Part shown: positions 44,724 to 54,324 of the stretch, piece after piece
Numbering within the stretch: the first letter of the stretch is position 1
How the letters are laid out: every line of letters begins with the position of its first letter
From: a virus
Lineage: Duplodnaviria; Heunggongvirae; Uroviricota; Caudoviricetes
Length of the DNA stretch: 64,000 nucleotides
Virus record (IMG/VR): IMGVR_UViG_3300032007_000002
Reading direction: 5' to 3' (one strand)
Program-made: the position numbers and the translations under genes
The notes under the pieces: model-generated
Databases searched by the model: none
Seen by the model: only the letters and a program-made list of their open reading frames with translations
Told to the model about the DNA's origin: nothing

Positions 44724-45029
44724 ATGACCAGAACAGAATTTAACAAGTTGCTTGTCGAGCTGCAGACCCATGCTGAAGCTGCAAAGGAAATCGTCAAGAA
44801 GCTCCTCGACGTGGTCGAAATCGACCATGTGTTCAAGAAGAAGGGCACCGGCTACAACGTGGCCGAGGGCGACCTTGTACCGAAATGGGAAGTCCGTTCG
44901 GTCATGTGCCTCTGGGCTGACGCATGCAACCTCGATAACGCAGTCGCCAACCATATCCGATGCGCGAAGGATGAAAAGGACACCCTCGCAGACGTAGACC
45001 CAGACAAGAAGCCCGACCATGATAAGTAA
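44724..45029 (+). CDS. Hypothetical protein
   Basis: AAGGAGGT RBS. Confidence 0.6.
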   Translation: MTRTEFNKLLVELQTHAEAAKEIVKKLLDVVEIDHVFKKKGTGYNVAEGDLVPKWEVRSVMCLWADACNLDNAVANHIRCAKDEKDTLADVDPDKKPDHDK

Positions 45030-45876
45030 CGCGAGCATACAGGAAGTTTTCGAAAAACTTGACGTATTCAACAACGTCAAGTTCTATCCGGGACCGCACC
45101 AGTATTACATCGACGAGCGCCCGGCCATATCGGTGACGAGCGTGGTCGAGAAGCTGATTCCCAAGTTCAAGGAAAAGGAGCAGGCTGCCGAAAAGTCTCT
45201 CGAACTCGGCATCCCCGCGGAACAGATCCTTCTCGACTGGGCGAAGACCAACTGCGTCAGCACCGCGAAGGGCTCCGCTGTCCACGAGTATATCGAGCAC
45301 GGTCTCGCCGGGAAGCATTTCGACTACCCGGAAGCTGCCGTGCGCAAGGAACTCGCCCGGAAGCTGTGCCCGAATGACGACCCGGACGGGGTGGAAGTCA
45401 TCGGCAGGTTCTTCGGCGGGGTCGATCCGGTATATCCGCTTTACCAGAAGTGCATTGCCCATGCCGACAGGTTTCTTTCTGACCTACGCGGGCGCCTGAT
45501 ACCGATCAAGTCGGAATTCGTGATGGGGCACCCGGAGTTCCTCGTGACCGGCATGTGCGACCAGATTTTTTTCAACAAGAAGAGCGGCCAGGTCGAGATC
45601 TGGGACTGGAAAACCAACACGAAGTTCTCCATGAAGTCCAAGTTCCAGCTCAACGCCCCGTGTGCGCACCTGACCCAGTGCAAGCTGGACGAATATTCCC
45701 TGCAGCTGTCCTGCTACAAGGAAATATTCCAGGACATGACGGGCATCCGGGTGGGCGCCTGCACCATCTGCTGGTTCAGCGAAGCCCAGGATAGATACTA
45801 TCCGATACAGTGCTACAACCTGTCGCGTGAGGCGCGTCTCATCATGGAGGCGTTCGGGGGTTGTTCCATGCAGTGA
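45019..45876 (+). CDS. PD-(D/E)XK exonuclease (Cas4/RecB-like phage family)
   Basis: HQYY, SVT, GSAVH, SE, GMCD, DWKT, YSLQLSCY. Confidence 0.8.
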   Translation: MISNASIQEVFEKLDVFNNVKFYPGPHQYYIDERPAISVTSVVEKLIPKFKEKEQAAEKSLELGIPAEQILLDWAKTNCVSTAKGSAVHEYIEHGLAGKHFDYPEAAVRKELARKLCPNDDPDGVEVIGRFFGGVDPVYPLYQKCIAHADRFLSDLRGRLIPIKSEFVMGHPEFLVTGMCDQIFFNKKSGQVEIWDWKTNTKFSMKSKFQLNAPCAHLTQCKLDEYSLQLSCYKEIFQDMTGIRVGACTICWFSEAQDRYYPIQCYNLSREARLIMEAFGGCSMQ

Positions 45877-45877
45877 T

Positions 45878-45889
45878 TTTGCTATATTT
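45878..45889 (+). promoter_or_regulatory. Early promoter motif, leaderless ATG at 45895
   Basis: Exact copy. Confidence 0.75.
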
Positions 45890-45894
45890 TCTGC

Positions 45895-46785
45895 ATGGAA
45901 ACAAAAGTCAGCAAATTTACCGTTACCGGCCTCGTCAAAAAGCGCCGTATATTCAATACGTCCATGGACTATTCCGTGGACGTTTTTCACTATCCCTGCC
46001 TTACCGGCGATAACGGAACCGGCAAGTCGCTCACGATCCACCTTCTCCACGCAATGACTGAACTGATTACGACCAGCATACCCACCAGGCTGTTTTCCTA
46101 CCTGCGGACCCGGGATGAGGACGGGTGGGGCCAGTGGTACTGGCGGTGGCACAGGATTTTCCAGAAGCTCGAACTCGAGATGGCCGACGGCCGCAAGCTG
46201 ACGGTATCTGCAATCAACCCGGACGACGGCAAGTATATGATGAACATGAACGGCCACATATACGACCTGACCGATGTTGCCGTGTTGGATATGCCGGACA
46301 GCGTCCCGTTCCTGCCCGAGAAACGCCACGAGAACATGGCCGGCACGGTAGCATCCCTGGTATTCATGAACGGTGGCAAGTTCGACCCGGACAAGTATTT
46401 CAAGCTATGCCAGGCCATCCTGGGACTGGACAACGGCCCGCGCCTTTTCAGCCCGATGCCGATGGGCGTTGATTTCTCGTCCAGGACAAAGTGGGAAAGG
46501 GCGCTCGATACTTGGCTCGGCACATTCTCTCACGGGGAAGTCGAAGTCCTGATGCTGTCGCTCGCCATCGAGGCTGCCGGTCTCAGGAAATGCCCCATCT
46601 TCATCGAGGGCGCGGAGGCAGGTCTCCATGTACTTTCCCAGAAGCAGTTCGCCAAGATGGTACCGATGTTCGACGAACGCGGCATCCAGATTGTATATAC
46701 TACTCGCAGTCCGTTCAACTTCATTCCCGGGCAAACATACGACCTTGGCGAGAAGGCACCGGTAAAGGAGTTCGTCGATGGATAG
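45895..46785 (+). CDS. Degenerate ABC/AAA_21-type ATPase
   Basis: GDNGTGKS, SHGE, altered Walker B IFIEGAEAGLH, TTRSPF. Confidence 0.65.
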   Translation: METKVSKFTVTGLVKKRRIFNTSMDYSVDVFHYPCLTGDNGTGKSLTIHLLHAMTELITTSIPTRLFSYLRTRDEDGWGQWYWRWHRIFQKLELEMADGRKLTVSAINPDDGKYMMNMNGHIYDLTDVAVLDMPDSVPFLPEKRHENMAGTVASLVFMNGGKFDPDKYFKLCQAILGLDNGPRLFSPMPMGVDFSSRTKWERALDTWLGTFSHGEVEVLMLSLAIEAAGLRKCPIFIEGAEAGLHVLSQKQFAKMVPMFDERGIQIVYTTRSPFNFIPGQTYDLGEKAPVKEFVDG

Positions 46786-47305
46786 CAAGAATTTCCGCGA
46801 TTACATGCCGCTGCAGGAAAATGACCCCGGCGTGATATGCAAGCCGTTTTATGAGTTCCCGGGCATGGATTCCTTGCAGGGTTTCGATACGATGAGCAAG
46901 GCGGTTCTCGCGATGAAATGCGCCATCATCGACATCGTATGCAAGGGATGCGGGGTCGATCCCGCGCCGTATCTTAACGAAGCGTCCTCCATCCGGTTCA
47001 AGGACGGGTATTGCCAGGTGTCCTTGGCGAAGGCGATGGGGGAGAGGTGGCGCAATGCGCCGCACGGGATGGGCATTTGTCCGGCAGTGGACTTGCGCAG
47101 GCGCATGGACGGGAACTCTCCGCAGGTCGTGATGATGGAGGATTTTATCGTCAGCGTCCCGGTGGAACATGTGATGCCCGTCATGGTATACCCGTACCGG
47201 GCCTGGTTCAAGGCACCAAATCCGGCCGACTTTGAGCCGCATCACACAGTTGTTGCGGACACCGCTACTAAACCAATAGATAAAGCGGAGGACGGAAAAT
47301 GCTGA
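46778..47305 (+). CDS. Hypothetical protein
   Basis: AAGGAG RBS. Confidence 0.6.
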   Translation: MDSKNFRDYMPLQENDPGVICKPFYEFPGMDSLQGFDTMSKAVLAMKCAIIDIVCKGCGVDPAPYLNEASSIRFKDGYCQVSLAKAMGERWRNAPHGMGICPAVDLRRRMDGNSPQVVMMEDFIVSVPVEHVMPVMVYPYRAWFKAPNPADFEPHHTVVADTATKPIDKAEDGKC

Positions 47306-47493
47306 AAGAAGACTTGCAGACAATGTGGACGATAATGGCAGCGCAGAACGCCGGCAGCAACGGCAGTTTCATCTATTCCTCAGCCGCACCGGGACTGGTC
47401 GCCGCGGGCTTCGTCGTTGGCTGTATTGTCCTGTTTGCCATCGTATGCGGCATCGTGGCCCACTTTACCGACAAGTCCGATTCCGGTTACTGA
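47299..47493 (+). CDS. Small membrane protein
   Basis: Single TM helix, GGAGG RBS. Confidence 0.55.
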   Translation: MLKEDLQTMWTIMAAQNAGSNGSFIYSSAAPGLVAAGFVVGCIVLFAIVCGIVAHFTDKSDSGY

Positions 47494-47495
47494 TT

Positions 47496-47507
47496 TTTGC
47501 TATATTT
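47496..47507 (+). promoter_or_regulatory. Early promoter motif
   Basis: Exact copy. Confidence 0.75.
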
Positions 47508-47527
47508 CCGGCAAAAAGAGGTAACCC

Positions 47528-48328
47528 ATGAAATGCGACCCCCGCGAGATTATGGATCTGCTCAGTGTGCCGGATCCGCTGGAAAACATCAAGGCACGCC
47601 CCGACATCTTCGGCGAAGTGATAGCCCTCATGGACGGGGTCCAGCATCCGCGTTTTCATGCCGAAGGCGACGTGTGGCAGCACACGCAGCTCGTAATCAA
47701 GAACATCGTACAGAACAAGTTCCATGACTGGGTGGACGTCCTCGCTGCGCTGTTCCACGATGCCGGCAAGAAGAAGGCACTGGAAGAGAACGAGGGCAAG
47801 CACATGGGCGGTCACGAGAACCACAGCGTCGAGATTTTCCGGGACTGGGCGTTCTTCAACGGAATGGATTCGATGTTCCCGGAAGCCGTAGAGGCTATTG
47901 TCTGGGCTATACAGAACCACATGAAGGCGCACCGCCTCGCGGAGTTTCACGGCACCTATGACATCATGGTTATCGTGACCAACAGGTGGTTCCCGCGTCT
48001 CAGCCGTCTCGCCTCCGCCGATTCCATGTCCGATCTCGATGATAACGGCAATCCGACATCGTCATTCGCCGACGTGCTCGCATGCCCGTCGGTAGCCCGC
48101 TGGGTTGGCGAGAGCGCCCCGTGGCCTATCGTGAGCCGTCTCGACCTCAACGAGGCAGGCATCCCGCCGTACTTGCGCGACAAGGGCGTGGAAGTCGCCT
48201 ACAAGATGCAGGTGAACAGCGGGAAGCTCAAGCGCGAACACCTGGTCAACGCCGTGGTCGGGGACAAGCTGTTCCGAAAGGCTCGCATCGAGTATCTGGC
48301 CCAGCGCAAGAAAGAAACCGGGGCATAG
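47528..48328 (+). CDS. HD-domain phosphohydrolase similar to the HD module of CCA-adding enzymes
   Basis: QHPRFHAEGDVWQHT, AALFHDAGK, GHE, NHM, AD. Confidence 0.8.
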   Translation: MKCDPREIMDLLSVPDPLENIKARPDIFGEVIALMDGVQHPRFHAEGDVWQHTQLVIKNIVQNKFHDWVDVLAALFHDAGKKKALEENEGKHMGGHENHSVEIFRDWAFFNGMDSMFPEAVEAIVWAIQNHMKAHRLAEFHGTYDIMVIVTNRWFPRLSRLASADSMSDLDDNGNPTSSFADVLACPSVARWVGESAPWPIVSRLDLNEAGIPPYLRDKGVEVAYKMQVNSGKLKREHLVNAVVGDKLFRKARIEYLAQRKKETGA

Positions 48329-48345
48329 CCCGGTTTGCTATATTT
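48315..48345 (+). promoter_or_regulatory. Hairpin fused to early promoter (motif 48334-48345)
   Basis: AAACCGGG...CCCGGTTT overlapping the motif. Confidence 0.7.
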
Positions 48346-48384
48346 CAACATATCACAGATGGCAAAATGCCGTAAAGGACATAT

Positions 48385-49215
48385 ATGGAACTCATAATCA
48401 CATTGCCCGATGAATTCATCGAAGACTATTCCAAGGACCGTTTCCGCGATTCGCTCCTGCGCATCCTTGGCGACGCGAAACGCGCAGGAACCGTATTGAC
48501 CGGCAACTCGGACCGTGAAGTGATTGACGTCCTGCTTCCCGGGATTGTCGATGCTGTCGCCAAGTCCAGGGCAACCGCGAACGGCAAGGAAATCCAGGTC
48601 GTGGGCAACCCGGGCGGCATCAGGGATCTTGACGACTACGAGGCCCGCAGGTCCGCGAAGGAAATGCTGGACAATGAAATTATGCGTGAGATGACTGATC
48701 CGCTCGTAATCTCGCAGCAGCGCGGCCCGGCGCCGTTCGTAATGGTGCGGGGCGGCAACGGTTACAAGATGAGTGACCCGAGGCCGGCAAGGGCCTGCGA
48801 AGGGCACGACTGGCGCCACGAGTTTCCCGGCCCGTACACCTTTGACGAAACAGTCGCCGACCTCGTATGGGACCGTGACTGCAACACTGTCCTCACCGCG
48901 ATTACTGACGGATATGACGATATTCCCGATACAGTCATGCAGTCCCTCGTCAATGCGATGAACGGTAACGAAGAGCTCGGCAAATTCCATCTCGGCGCAC
49001 CGAAACTGGTTGCGTCGGAAAGCGACTGCTACATCGAATTTTGCGTGGATGGGGTGGTCAAGCGCCTGGATGTCCGCGGATGGGGGCAGCTTACCGGCCC
49101 CAAGAAGTTCGAGCCGGCTGTCGCTGCCCAGTTGCAGGAGGACTTCGGCCAGTACGTCCTTATCTGCCTGAAGCAAATCAACCTCGACGAACCTGAAACC
49201 AAGAAGGAAGCCTAA
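48385..49215 (+). CDS. Hypothetical protein
   Basis: AAGGA RBS; C-terminal LDVRGWGQLTG. Confidence 0.65.
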   Translation: MELIITLPDEFIEDYSKDRFRDSLLRILGDAKRAGTVLTGNSDREVIDVLLPGIVDAVAKSRATANGKEIQVVGNPGGIRDLDDYEARRSAKEMLDNEIMREMTDPLVISQQRGPAPFVMVRGGNGYKMSDPRPARACEGHDWRHEFPGPYTFDETVADLVWDRDCNTVLTAITDGYDDIPDTVMQSLVNAMNGNEELGKFHLGAPKLVASESDCYIEFCVDGVVKRLDVRGWGQLTGPKKFEPAVAAQLQEDFGQYVLICLKQINLDEPETKKEA

Positions 49216-49216
49216 C

Positions 49217-49615
49217 ATGAAAAAATATATCATATTTGCTATTGCCCTGCTTGCCGTGGTCCTGTTCGCATGCTGCCCGGAACCGGAAACGGGGGACACT
49301 GTCTCCGGCTCGTATGTGGTAATCACTGACAAGACTGATACGCTGTTCGTGTCTCCGTGCGGGAGGGTGTGGATTGAGAACCCTGTCGCCGCGGAAAACG
49401 GCGGTGGCGTGCTTTCCGGCGCCGCAGTGGATTCCCACCCGTTCGTTACGGTGATCTGGGCGAACAACTACAGGGAAACGTATATGCGCGACCATTGGTA
49501 TTATGGCCAGTTTGCGCAATACCATGAAATCGTGAAGAATATCCAGATGGACAAGCACATCACGATTGAACGGTTGCCGTGCATGGGCACAGTTACCCGT
49601 AAGCCGGGCAGGTAG
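49217..49615 (+). CDS. Putative lipoprotein
   Basis: MKK + hydrophobic stretch + LFAC lipobox. Confidence 0.6.
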   Translation: MKKYIIFAIALLAVVLFACCPEPETGDTVSGSYVVITDKTDTLFVSPCGRVWIENPVAAENGGGVLSGAAVDSHPFVTVIWANNYRETYMRDHWYYGQFAQYHEIVKNIQMDKHITIERLPCMGTVTRKPGR

Positions 49616-49618
49616 TCC

Positions 49619-49951
49619 ATGCAGCACAAGATTAAACCGCACTGGAAGTTCATTGAACACGCGAACCTGGAAACGCTCCAGAAGAAAGTGAACGACTTTT
49701 CCGACGATTCCGAAGTCCAGGAAGTTCTCCTTACTACCCGCCAGGGTGGTACAGAGACCATCTTTGTCGCGAGCATCCGACATCTCGTCGATATTACCGA
49801 TCTCGAAATCAAGCGTATGATGGCCAAGACTGCGGGTTTTACGGATTACATGAAGGATCCTGACCGATGGCCCAGCGAGAAGAAACAGAAATACGAAGAG
49901 CTGTATCACAAGTACGAGCGGGAACTGCTTGGCACCCCGGCTCCGTTCTAG
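49619..49951 (+). CDS. Hypothetical protein
   Basis: Last gene before the strand switch. Confidence 0.6.
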   Translation: MQHKIKPHWKFIEHANLETLQKKVNDFSDDSEVQEVLLTTRQGGTETIFVASIRHLVDITDLEIKRMMAKTAGFTDYMKDPDRWPSEKKQKYEELYHKYERELLGTPAPF

Positions 49952-49982
49952 GATGCTGTTCCCTGATATAATTGTATAAACG

Positions 49983-50007
49983 AAAAGGCTCCCATTCGGG
50001 AGCCTTT
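49983..50007. terminator. Bidirectional terminator at the major strand switch
   Basis: AAAGGCTCCC-ATTC-GGGAGCCTTT. Confidence 0.75.
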
Positions 50008-50009
50008 CC

Positions 50010-50342
50010 TTATTGTTCTTCGGTCACGATTGCAAGCAGCTGGTCCAGCGCATTTTCGTATTGGACTGCGCATGCAGGCACCCCGGGATTTTCGAAAAGG
50101 AAGGTCCAGGTAGTCTTGATGCCTTTCATTTCGGTATGCAGCAGCATTTCGTATTCGCTGAAGACACCGACTTCCTTGCGCTCGCCGGTTTCGTGGTCGT
50201 CGGCGAAGATGTTGTGGATGCCGGAATATTTCAGGCGTCCCGGTTCGAGCAAGAGGCCGTATTTTTCCAGGAGCTTCTTGGCGGTCTCCCTGGTGAGGGG
50301 TCGGCTCGCGGCCAACATCTGTGAGTTCAGTAGTCCGTTCAT
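50010..50342 (-). CDS. Hypothetical protein
   Basis: AAGGAG RBS. Confidence 0.6.
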   Translation of the reverse strand: MNGLLNSQMLAASRPLTRETAKKLLEKYGLLLEPGRLKYSGIHNIFADDHETGERKEVGVFSEYEMLLHTEMKGIKTTWTFLFENPGVPACAVQYENALDQLLAIVTEEQ

Positions 50343-50354
50343 GTGTGGGTCTCC

Positions 50355-51332
50355 TTAGCAGTAATACGCTTTGATTTCGATGATAAGGGTAACGAGGGCA
50401 GCAATTATCAACAGCCCCCACCCGATTTCTTTCATGGCCGTTTTTGTAAGCCACTTGAGTTTTGGCTTTTCCCATGGGTTCATCGGAAGCGACTGGACGA
50501 ACTCCTCGTAGGTCTGTTCGCGCTTTCGATTATTTTCCCGTGCCGTTTTCTCCGCATCGAGAATCGCGGCAAGACGTTCCTGCCAGCGGGTAATCCAGCC
50601 GTCCGGGGAGTTCGCCCCATACATGCGGTTTCTGGCATAGTTCAGCATGTGGTCGACTGCGGCCGCAATGCCGTGGAATATGATGATTGACGAGGAGTAT
50701 TCTGCACCTTGTCCAGTAAGCCGGCGGAACTGGTAGTCGAGCGCATACTTGTCGTCGAACGGGACCGGCAGGTGGTAGCACGTAATATCGCTCATCGCCT
50801 CTTCGGATTTATAACGGTTCGGATGGACATGGCCGCTTGTGACTGTCATGTCTACCGGGATAGGGATGTCGACGCCATCCTTGCACACCGGTGCCGCATA
50901 CATGTATAGACGGCTCCTGGCATGGTACACGACATAGACATAGTGCTTGTCGAGAACTCGGCCATTTATTGCCCGATTGAATATGTCTTGCAGTTTGCCA
51001 GGTTCGGCAATGGATACACATTCCGTCGTGCCCATCATGCAGCCGTCACGGTCGGGGATTGATGCAACGTGTACGGTAGTGTCAATCAAACGGAAATCGT
51101 TGTTCCAGCAGCCCGGCTTGATCTGGTGGCATAGCACGAGCTCGGCGACAGGATATTGTATGAATTGGAACGGATCGTCTGTTGGGCGCTTCGCGTCGAA
51201 TACGTCGGGATGATACCTGAACGCTTCCATGTCGTAACGGGTAAATGAGCTGTCTATTAGCGATGCCTGGCTCTTACTGAAATGATGTAGCGCGGCGAGC
51301 GTGCCAGTCTTGAAACCTAGATGGTAAGTCAT
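50355..51332 (-). CDS. Hypothetical protein with C-terminal TM helix
   Basis: 325 aa ORF. Confidence 0.65.
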   Translation of the reverse strand: MTYHLGFKTGTLAALHHFSKSQASLIDSSFTRYDMEAFRYHPDVFDAKRPTDDPFQFIQYPVAELVLCHQIKPGCWNNDFRLIDTTVHVASIPDRDGCMMGTTECVSIAEPGKLQDIFNRAINGRVLDKHYVYVVYHARSRLYMYAAPVCKDGVDIPIPVDMTVTSGHVHPNRYKSEEAMSDITCYHLPVPFDDKYALDYQFRRLTGQGAEYSSSIIIFHGIAAAVDHMLNYARNRMYGANSPDGWITRWQERLAAILDAEKTARENNRKREQTYEEFVQSLPMNPWEKPKLKWLTKTAMKEIGWGLLIIAALVTLIIEIKAYYC

Positions 51333-51364
51333 TTTAAATTCCTATTATATTGGTTATATGTCTG

Positions 51365-51398
51365 AAATATAGCAAAAGGCGGGCATGCGCCCGTCTTT
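51365..51398 (-). promoter_or_regulatory. Fused terminator + early promoter (motif 51365-51376)
   Basis: Hairpin 51374-51398 T-run overlaps the motif. Confidence 0.7.
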
Positions 51399-51414
51399 CG
51401 ATACGTGGCAAAGG

Positions 51415-52077
51415 TTACCCGTGATTGCGGGCGTGTTCCTGTCTTTCACGGATCTTGCGTTCCGCGGTTTCCTTCGCGACACGCTCTTCGTATTTCTTCT
51501 TTGCTTCGAGCCGTTCGGCAAGCGCCCGTTCCAGCTTTTCCTGGTAGAGCGCGGGCAGCTTCTTGGAGTCCATAGTGGCGCCGAGACCTTCCTGGACCTG
51601 TGACCACACGGGATATTCGTCCGGGTTGCCCACGCATGCGGTCAGCCAGATGCTGGGGGCGTCGCTCGCCGTGTTGTAGATGTCCGCCGAACAGTGAAGC
51701 GCGAGGACGCCCGCGACCGGGACCTTGCCTGCCGCCATGTGCTTGAACGGGAGATACATTTCGAGCTTCGGGACGACGCGTTCGGCTTCCTGCTTTACGA
51801 CCATTTTCTCGACAGACACTCCCGGGATTTCGGGAATGCGGCGGGCGTAGTCCAGGAATTTTCGGATATACTTGGTTGCGGTATGCTTGGTCGCCGACAC
51901 GCGCTGGTCGAACAGCTCGTTGAACTTGGCGATGCTGTCGTCACGGATCGCGCCGTATTCGCTCTTGCCGTCTTCGGTAAGCAGCTCCAGCTTTTCCCGC
52001 TTCATCTTGGCGGTGACCTTCTTCATCTGGGCCAGCTGTTCCTTGAACTCGACCATGTAGGGTTTATTGTTGCTCAT
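51415..52077 (-). CDS. Hypothetical protein
   Basis: GGAGGT RBS. Confidence 0.65.
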   Translation of the reverse strand: MSNNKPYMVEFKEQLAQMKKVTAKMKREKLELLTEDGKSEYGAIRDDSIAKFNELFDQRVSATKHTATKYIRKFLDYARRIPEIPGVSVEKMVVKQEAERVVPKLEMYLPFKHMAAGKVPVAGVLALHCSADIYNTASDAPSIWLTACVGNPDEYPVWSQVQEGLGATMDSKKLPALYQEKLERALAERLEAKKKYEERVAKETAERKIRERQEHARNHG

Positions 52078-52279
52078 GATTGACCTCCGCCATTGCCCGC
52101 TCGGTCATCAGCTTGATTTCGAGCACGGGCTCCTTGGTAATGATTACGCTGCCGGCAGCGTCGAACGTCCTGATGACCGAGGGCGCGTCGGCATTGTCGG
52201 ACGCGTTTTTGAGTTTCGGTTTCTGGCCGAAGCGGCGCTTGATGAGTTTCCAGTTTAACATGCGGTCCCAGAGGCTCAT
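52064..52279 (-). CDS. Hypothetical protein
   Basis: TAATG coupling. Confidence 0.5.
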   Translation of the reverse strand: MSLWDRMLNWKLIKRRFGQKPKLKNASDNADAPSVIRTFDAAGSVIITKEPVLEIKLMTERAMAEVNHEQQ

Positions 52280-52902
52280 TAGTTGCCCCCCTTGGAATAT
52301 TCCTTCCACGCGCATTTGAGCGATTTGTTTTGCAGTACCAGCTGGCGGGCAAACCTGATAAGGTCGTTCATAACGAGACTGTCGTGGTTTGCGGGATGCT
52401 CGAAAATCCACTTGCTCAGCTGTTCAAATCGTTCGGCGGGAAGGAGGGTTTCGATGTCCTTCTTGAGGAGTTCTTCCGGGGACAGCTGGACTGCCTCGTG
52501 ATGGCCCTTCTTGCCCATTTCGACGATGCCGGTCTCGCGGAGGATGATGCTGCCTTCCGGGGTCACCACGCATCCGCCATCATTGACAGTCGCGATTGCG
52601 ATGTCATAGGGCTTGCCCTTGGCGGGGACGGTAAATTCCACGTTTCCGTCGAGAGAGGCCGGATCCAGGCTTCCGATGTACTCGCGGAGGGTCTTGCGGG
52701 TAATCTGTGCGGGAGCTTTCACGCTCGTGTCCGTGTGGGTGCGAAGGACAAGCAGTTTCACCGATCCGCCTTCATACGGGATGACGTAGTGGACGGGATA
52801 TGTCATGCCGGTGCGGGCCCTTACGTAAATGGGCATGTCCTGGTTGCCGTTCACATCGAAGAGTTCCGGGTCAACAATTTTGTAAAGTTCGCTGGTTTGC
52901 AT
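52279..52902 (-). CDS. Hypothetical protein
   Basis: AAGGAG RBS. Confidence 0.65.
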   Translation of the reverse strand: MQTSELYKIVDPELFDVNGNQDMPIYVRARTGMTYPVHYVIPYEGGSVKLLVLRTHTDTSVKAPAQITRKTLREYIGSLDPASLDGNVEFTVPAKGKPYDIAIATVNDGGCVVTPEGSIILRETGIVEMGKKGHHEAVQLSPEELLKKDIETLLPAERFEQLSKWIFEHPANHDSLVMNDLIRFARQLVLQNKSLKCAWKEYSKGGN

Positions 52903-52924
52903 ACTTTGACTCCTTTGTTGTCTG

Positions 52925-52962
52925 AAATATAGCAAAAACGGTGGACACGCTTATCCACCGTT
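52925..52962 (-). promoter_or_regulatory. Fused terminator + early promoter (motif 52925-52936)
   Basis: AACGGTGGA...TCCACCGTT hairpin. Confidence 0.7.
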
Positions 52963-53051
52963 CAGTAAAAATGAAAGTATCGCCCAATGGTGCCCGGAAT
53001 GGAGTTCACGAATACACCAAAGGGGCGGTGTATAGGGGAGACCTACCGGGA

Positions 53052-53438
53052 CTACCGGGACGGCTTCTCGGCCTTGACCTTGCCGACAATGTACTTGGAC
53101 CGGAACTCCGCTGCATCGCTGTAGCGCTTGACGGCATTGTAGAAGTAGAAGACCTGCATGATGGGGTCGGTTACCTTCACGTCCAGCGTATTGCCGAAAA
53201 TTGCCCCATGCGACTCGGAGTCGTTGCTCACGATCTCTGTCCTGAACAGTCGCGGGTGCTGCGGTTCGTCCATGTCCCTGTAGTTGTACAGGTGGCCGAC
53301 TAATCTGTCGGTCGTGATGGTGATTTCGTCCCCGTTGACGATTTCGACGCCCTTCATCGCGCCGCAGTTGATGAGGTCGGTGATGCGGTTGCGTTCCGTC
53401 GGTGTGAACTTGATATATCTCAGATTGCGTTTTGCCAT
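53052..53438 (-). CDS. Hypothetical protein
   Basis: Operon context. Confidence 0.6.
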   Translation of the reverse strand: MAKRNLRYIKFTPTERNRITDLINCGAMKGVEIVNGDEITITTDRLVGHLYNYRDMDEPQHPRLFRTEIVSNDSESHGAIFGNTLDVKVTDPIMQVFYFYNAVKRYSDAAEFRSKYIVGKVKAEKPSR

Positions 53439-53439
53439 G

Positions 53440-53982
53440 TTATTCCTTTTTATCGAGGCTGATTATGGCGCAAACAAGGTTCTTGCCATTGTTGGTGGTT
53501 TTGTGGGTGATCTTGAATTTCACGTCCGTGCCGATTGCGTCGAGCGTTTCCTGGTCCTGGACAACCACGCGTTCGAGCTGGTTCGGGCAGGATTCCTGGA
53601 CCAGCTTGCGCAGCTTCGGCATGCCGGGGATGATACAGTCGCGCCACAGCATGAGCAGGGTATTTGCAGTGACCGGCTTGGCGATGGGAGCCTTCGGAAT
53701 TCCGTCGAACTGGCTGAACATGACTAGGCTGTCGTCGTAAAGGAAAGCAGTGCGCGGTTCCGTGGTCGCTTTCTTCCGTGCCTCCATGAACTTATCCTGG
53801 GCACGTTTCTTGCATAGCTCGGGGTTGTGGCTGTCCTGGACTTTGATTAGGTTGCGAAACTCTTTTGCATACGTCGTGCACTTGGCAGTCTGGTCTCTGG
53901 CGACGGCGTCTACAACGCCGTAGAGGGCGTCGAGCAGTTCGCTGTCAACTATGAGGACGGTATCGCGATGCTTGTATTCCAT
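53440..53982 (-). CDS. Hypothetical protein
   Basis: Operon context. Confidence 0.6.
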   Translation of the reverse strand: MEYKHRDTVLIVDSELLDALYGVVDAVARDQTAKCTTYAKEFRNLIKVQDSHNPELCKKRAQDKFMEARKKATTEPRTAFLYDDSLVMFSQFDGIPKAPIAKPVTANTLLMLWRDCIIPGMPKLRKLVQESCPNQLERVVVQDQETLDAIGTDVKFKITHKTTNNGKNLVCAIISLDKKE

Positions 53983-53983
53983 G

Positions 53984-54304
53984 CTATACCACCATGATGC
54001 GCAGTACGTAGGTCGTCTGCTTTTCCTTGACGCGGTCGCCCACGCGGAAGGTGGTCTCGCCTTCGGCCAGGGCCGCGCAGACGTTCGCGACGGTGACTTC
54101 GTCGCCGGAGAGGACCTTGCCCAGCTTCAGGCAGCGGACGGTGGTCACGTTTCTCGGGTTGCCGTCCTCGCGGACGCCGGACTGGAACGATGCGAACGTG
54201 TCGGACACGGCTTCCACGATGCCGAGTTCGTCTTCCGCGTCGCCTTCCCAAATCTTTTCGACCGGCTTGTCTCCTTCGAGGATCAATACTGTCTTGTTTG
54301 CCAT
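53984..54304 (-). CDS. Hypothetical protein
   Basis: AAGGAGG RBS. Confidence 0.65.
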   Translation of the reverse strand: MANKTVLILEGDKPVEKIWEGDAEDELGIVEAVSDTFASFQSGVREDGNPRNVTTVRCLKLGKVLSGDEVTVANVCAALAEGETTFRVGDRVKEKQTTYVLRIMVV

Positions 54305-54324
54305 GTGGCCTCCTTTGATGTTTG

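Noticed and set aside
45019-45876. CRISPR-associated Cas4
   Set aside because: Solo PD-(D/E)XK nuclease with no cas1/cas2 or array; common in phages
52995-53055. tRNA-like remnant on the minus strand ending CCGGGCACCA
   Set aside because: Only one good hairpin and a 5 bp closing stem; no D or T arm
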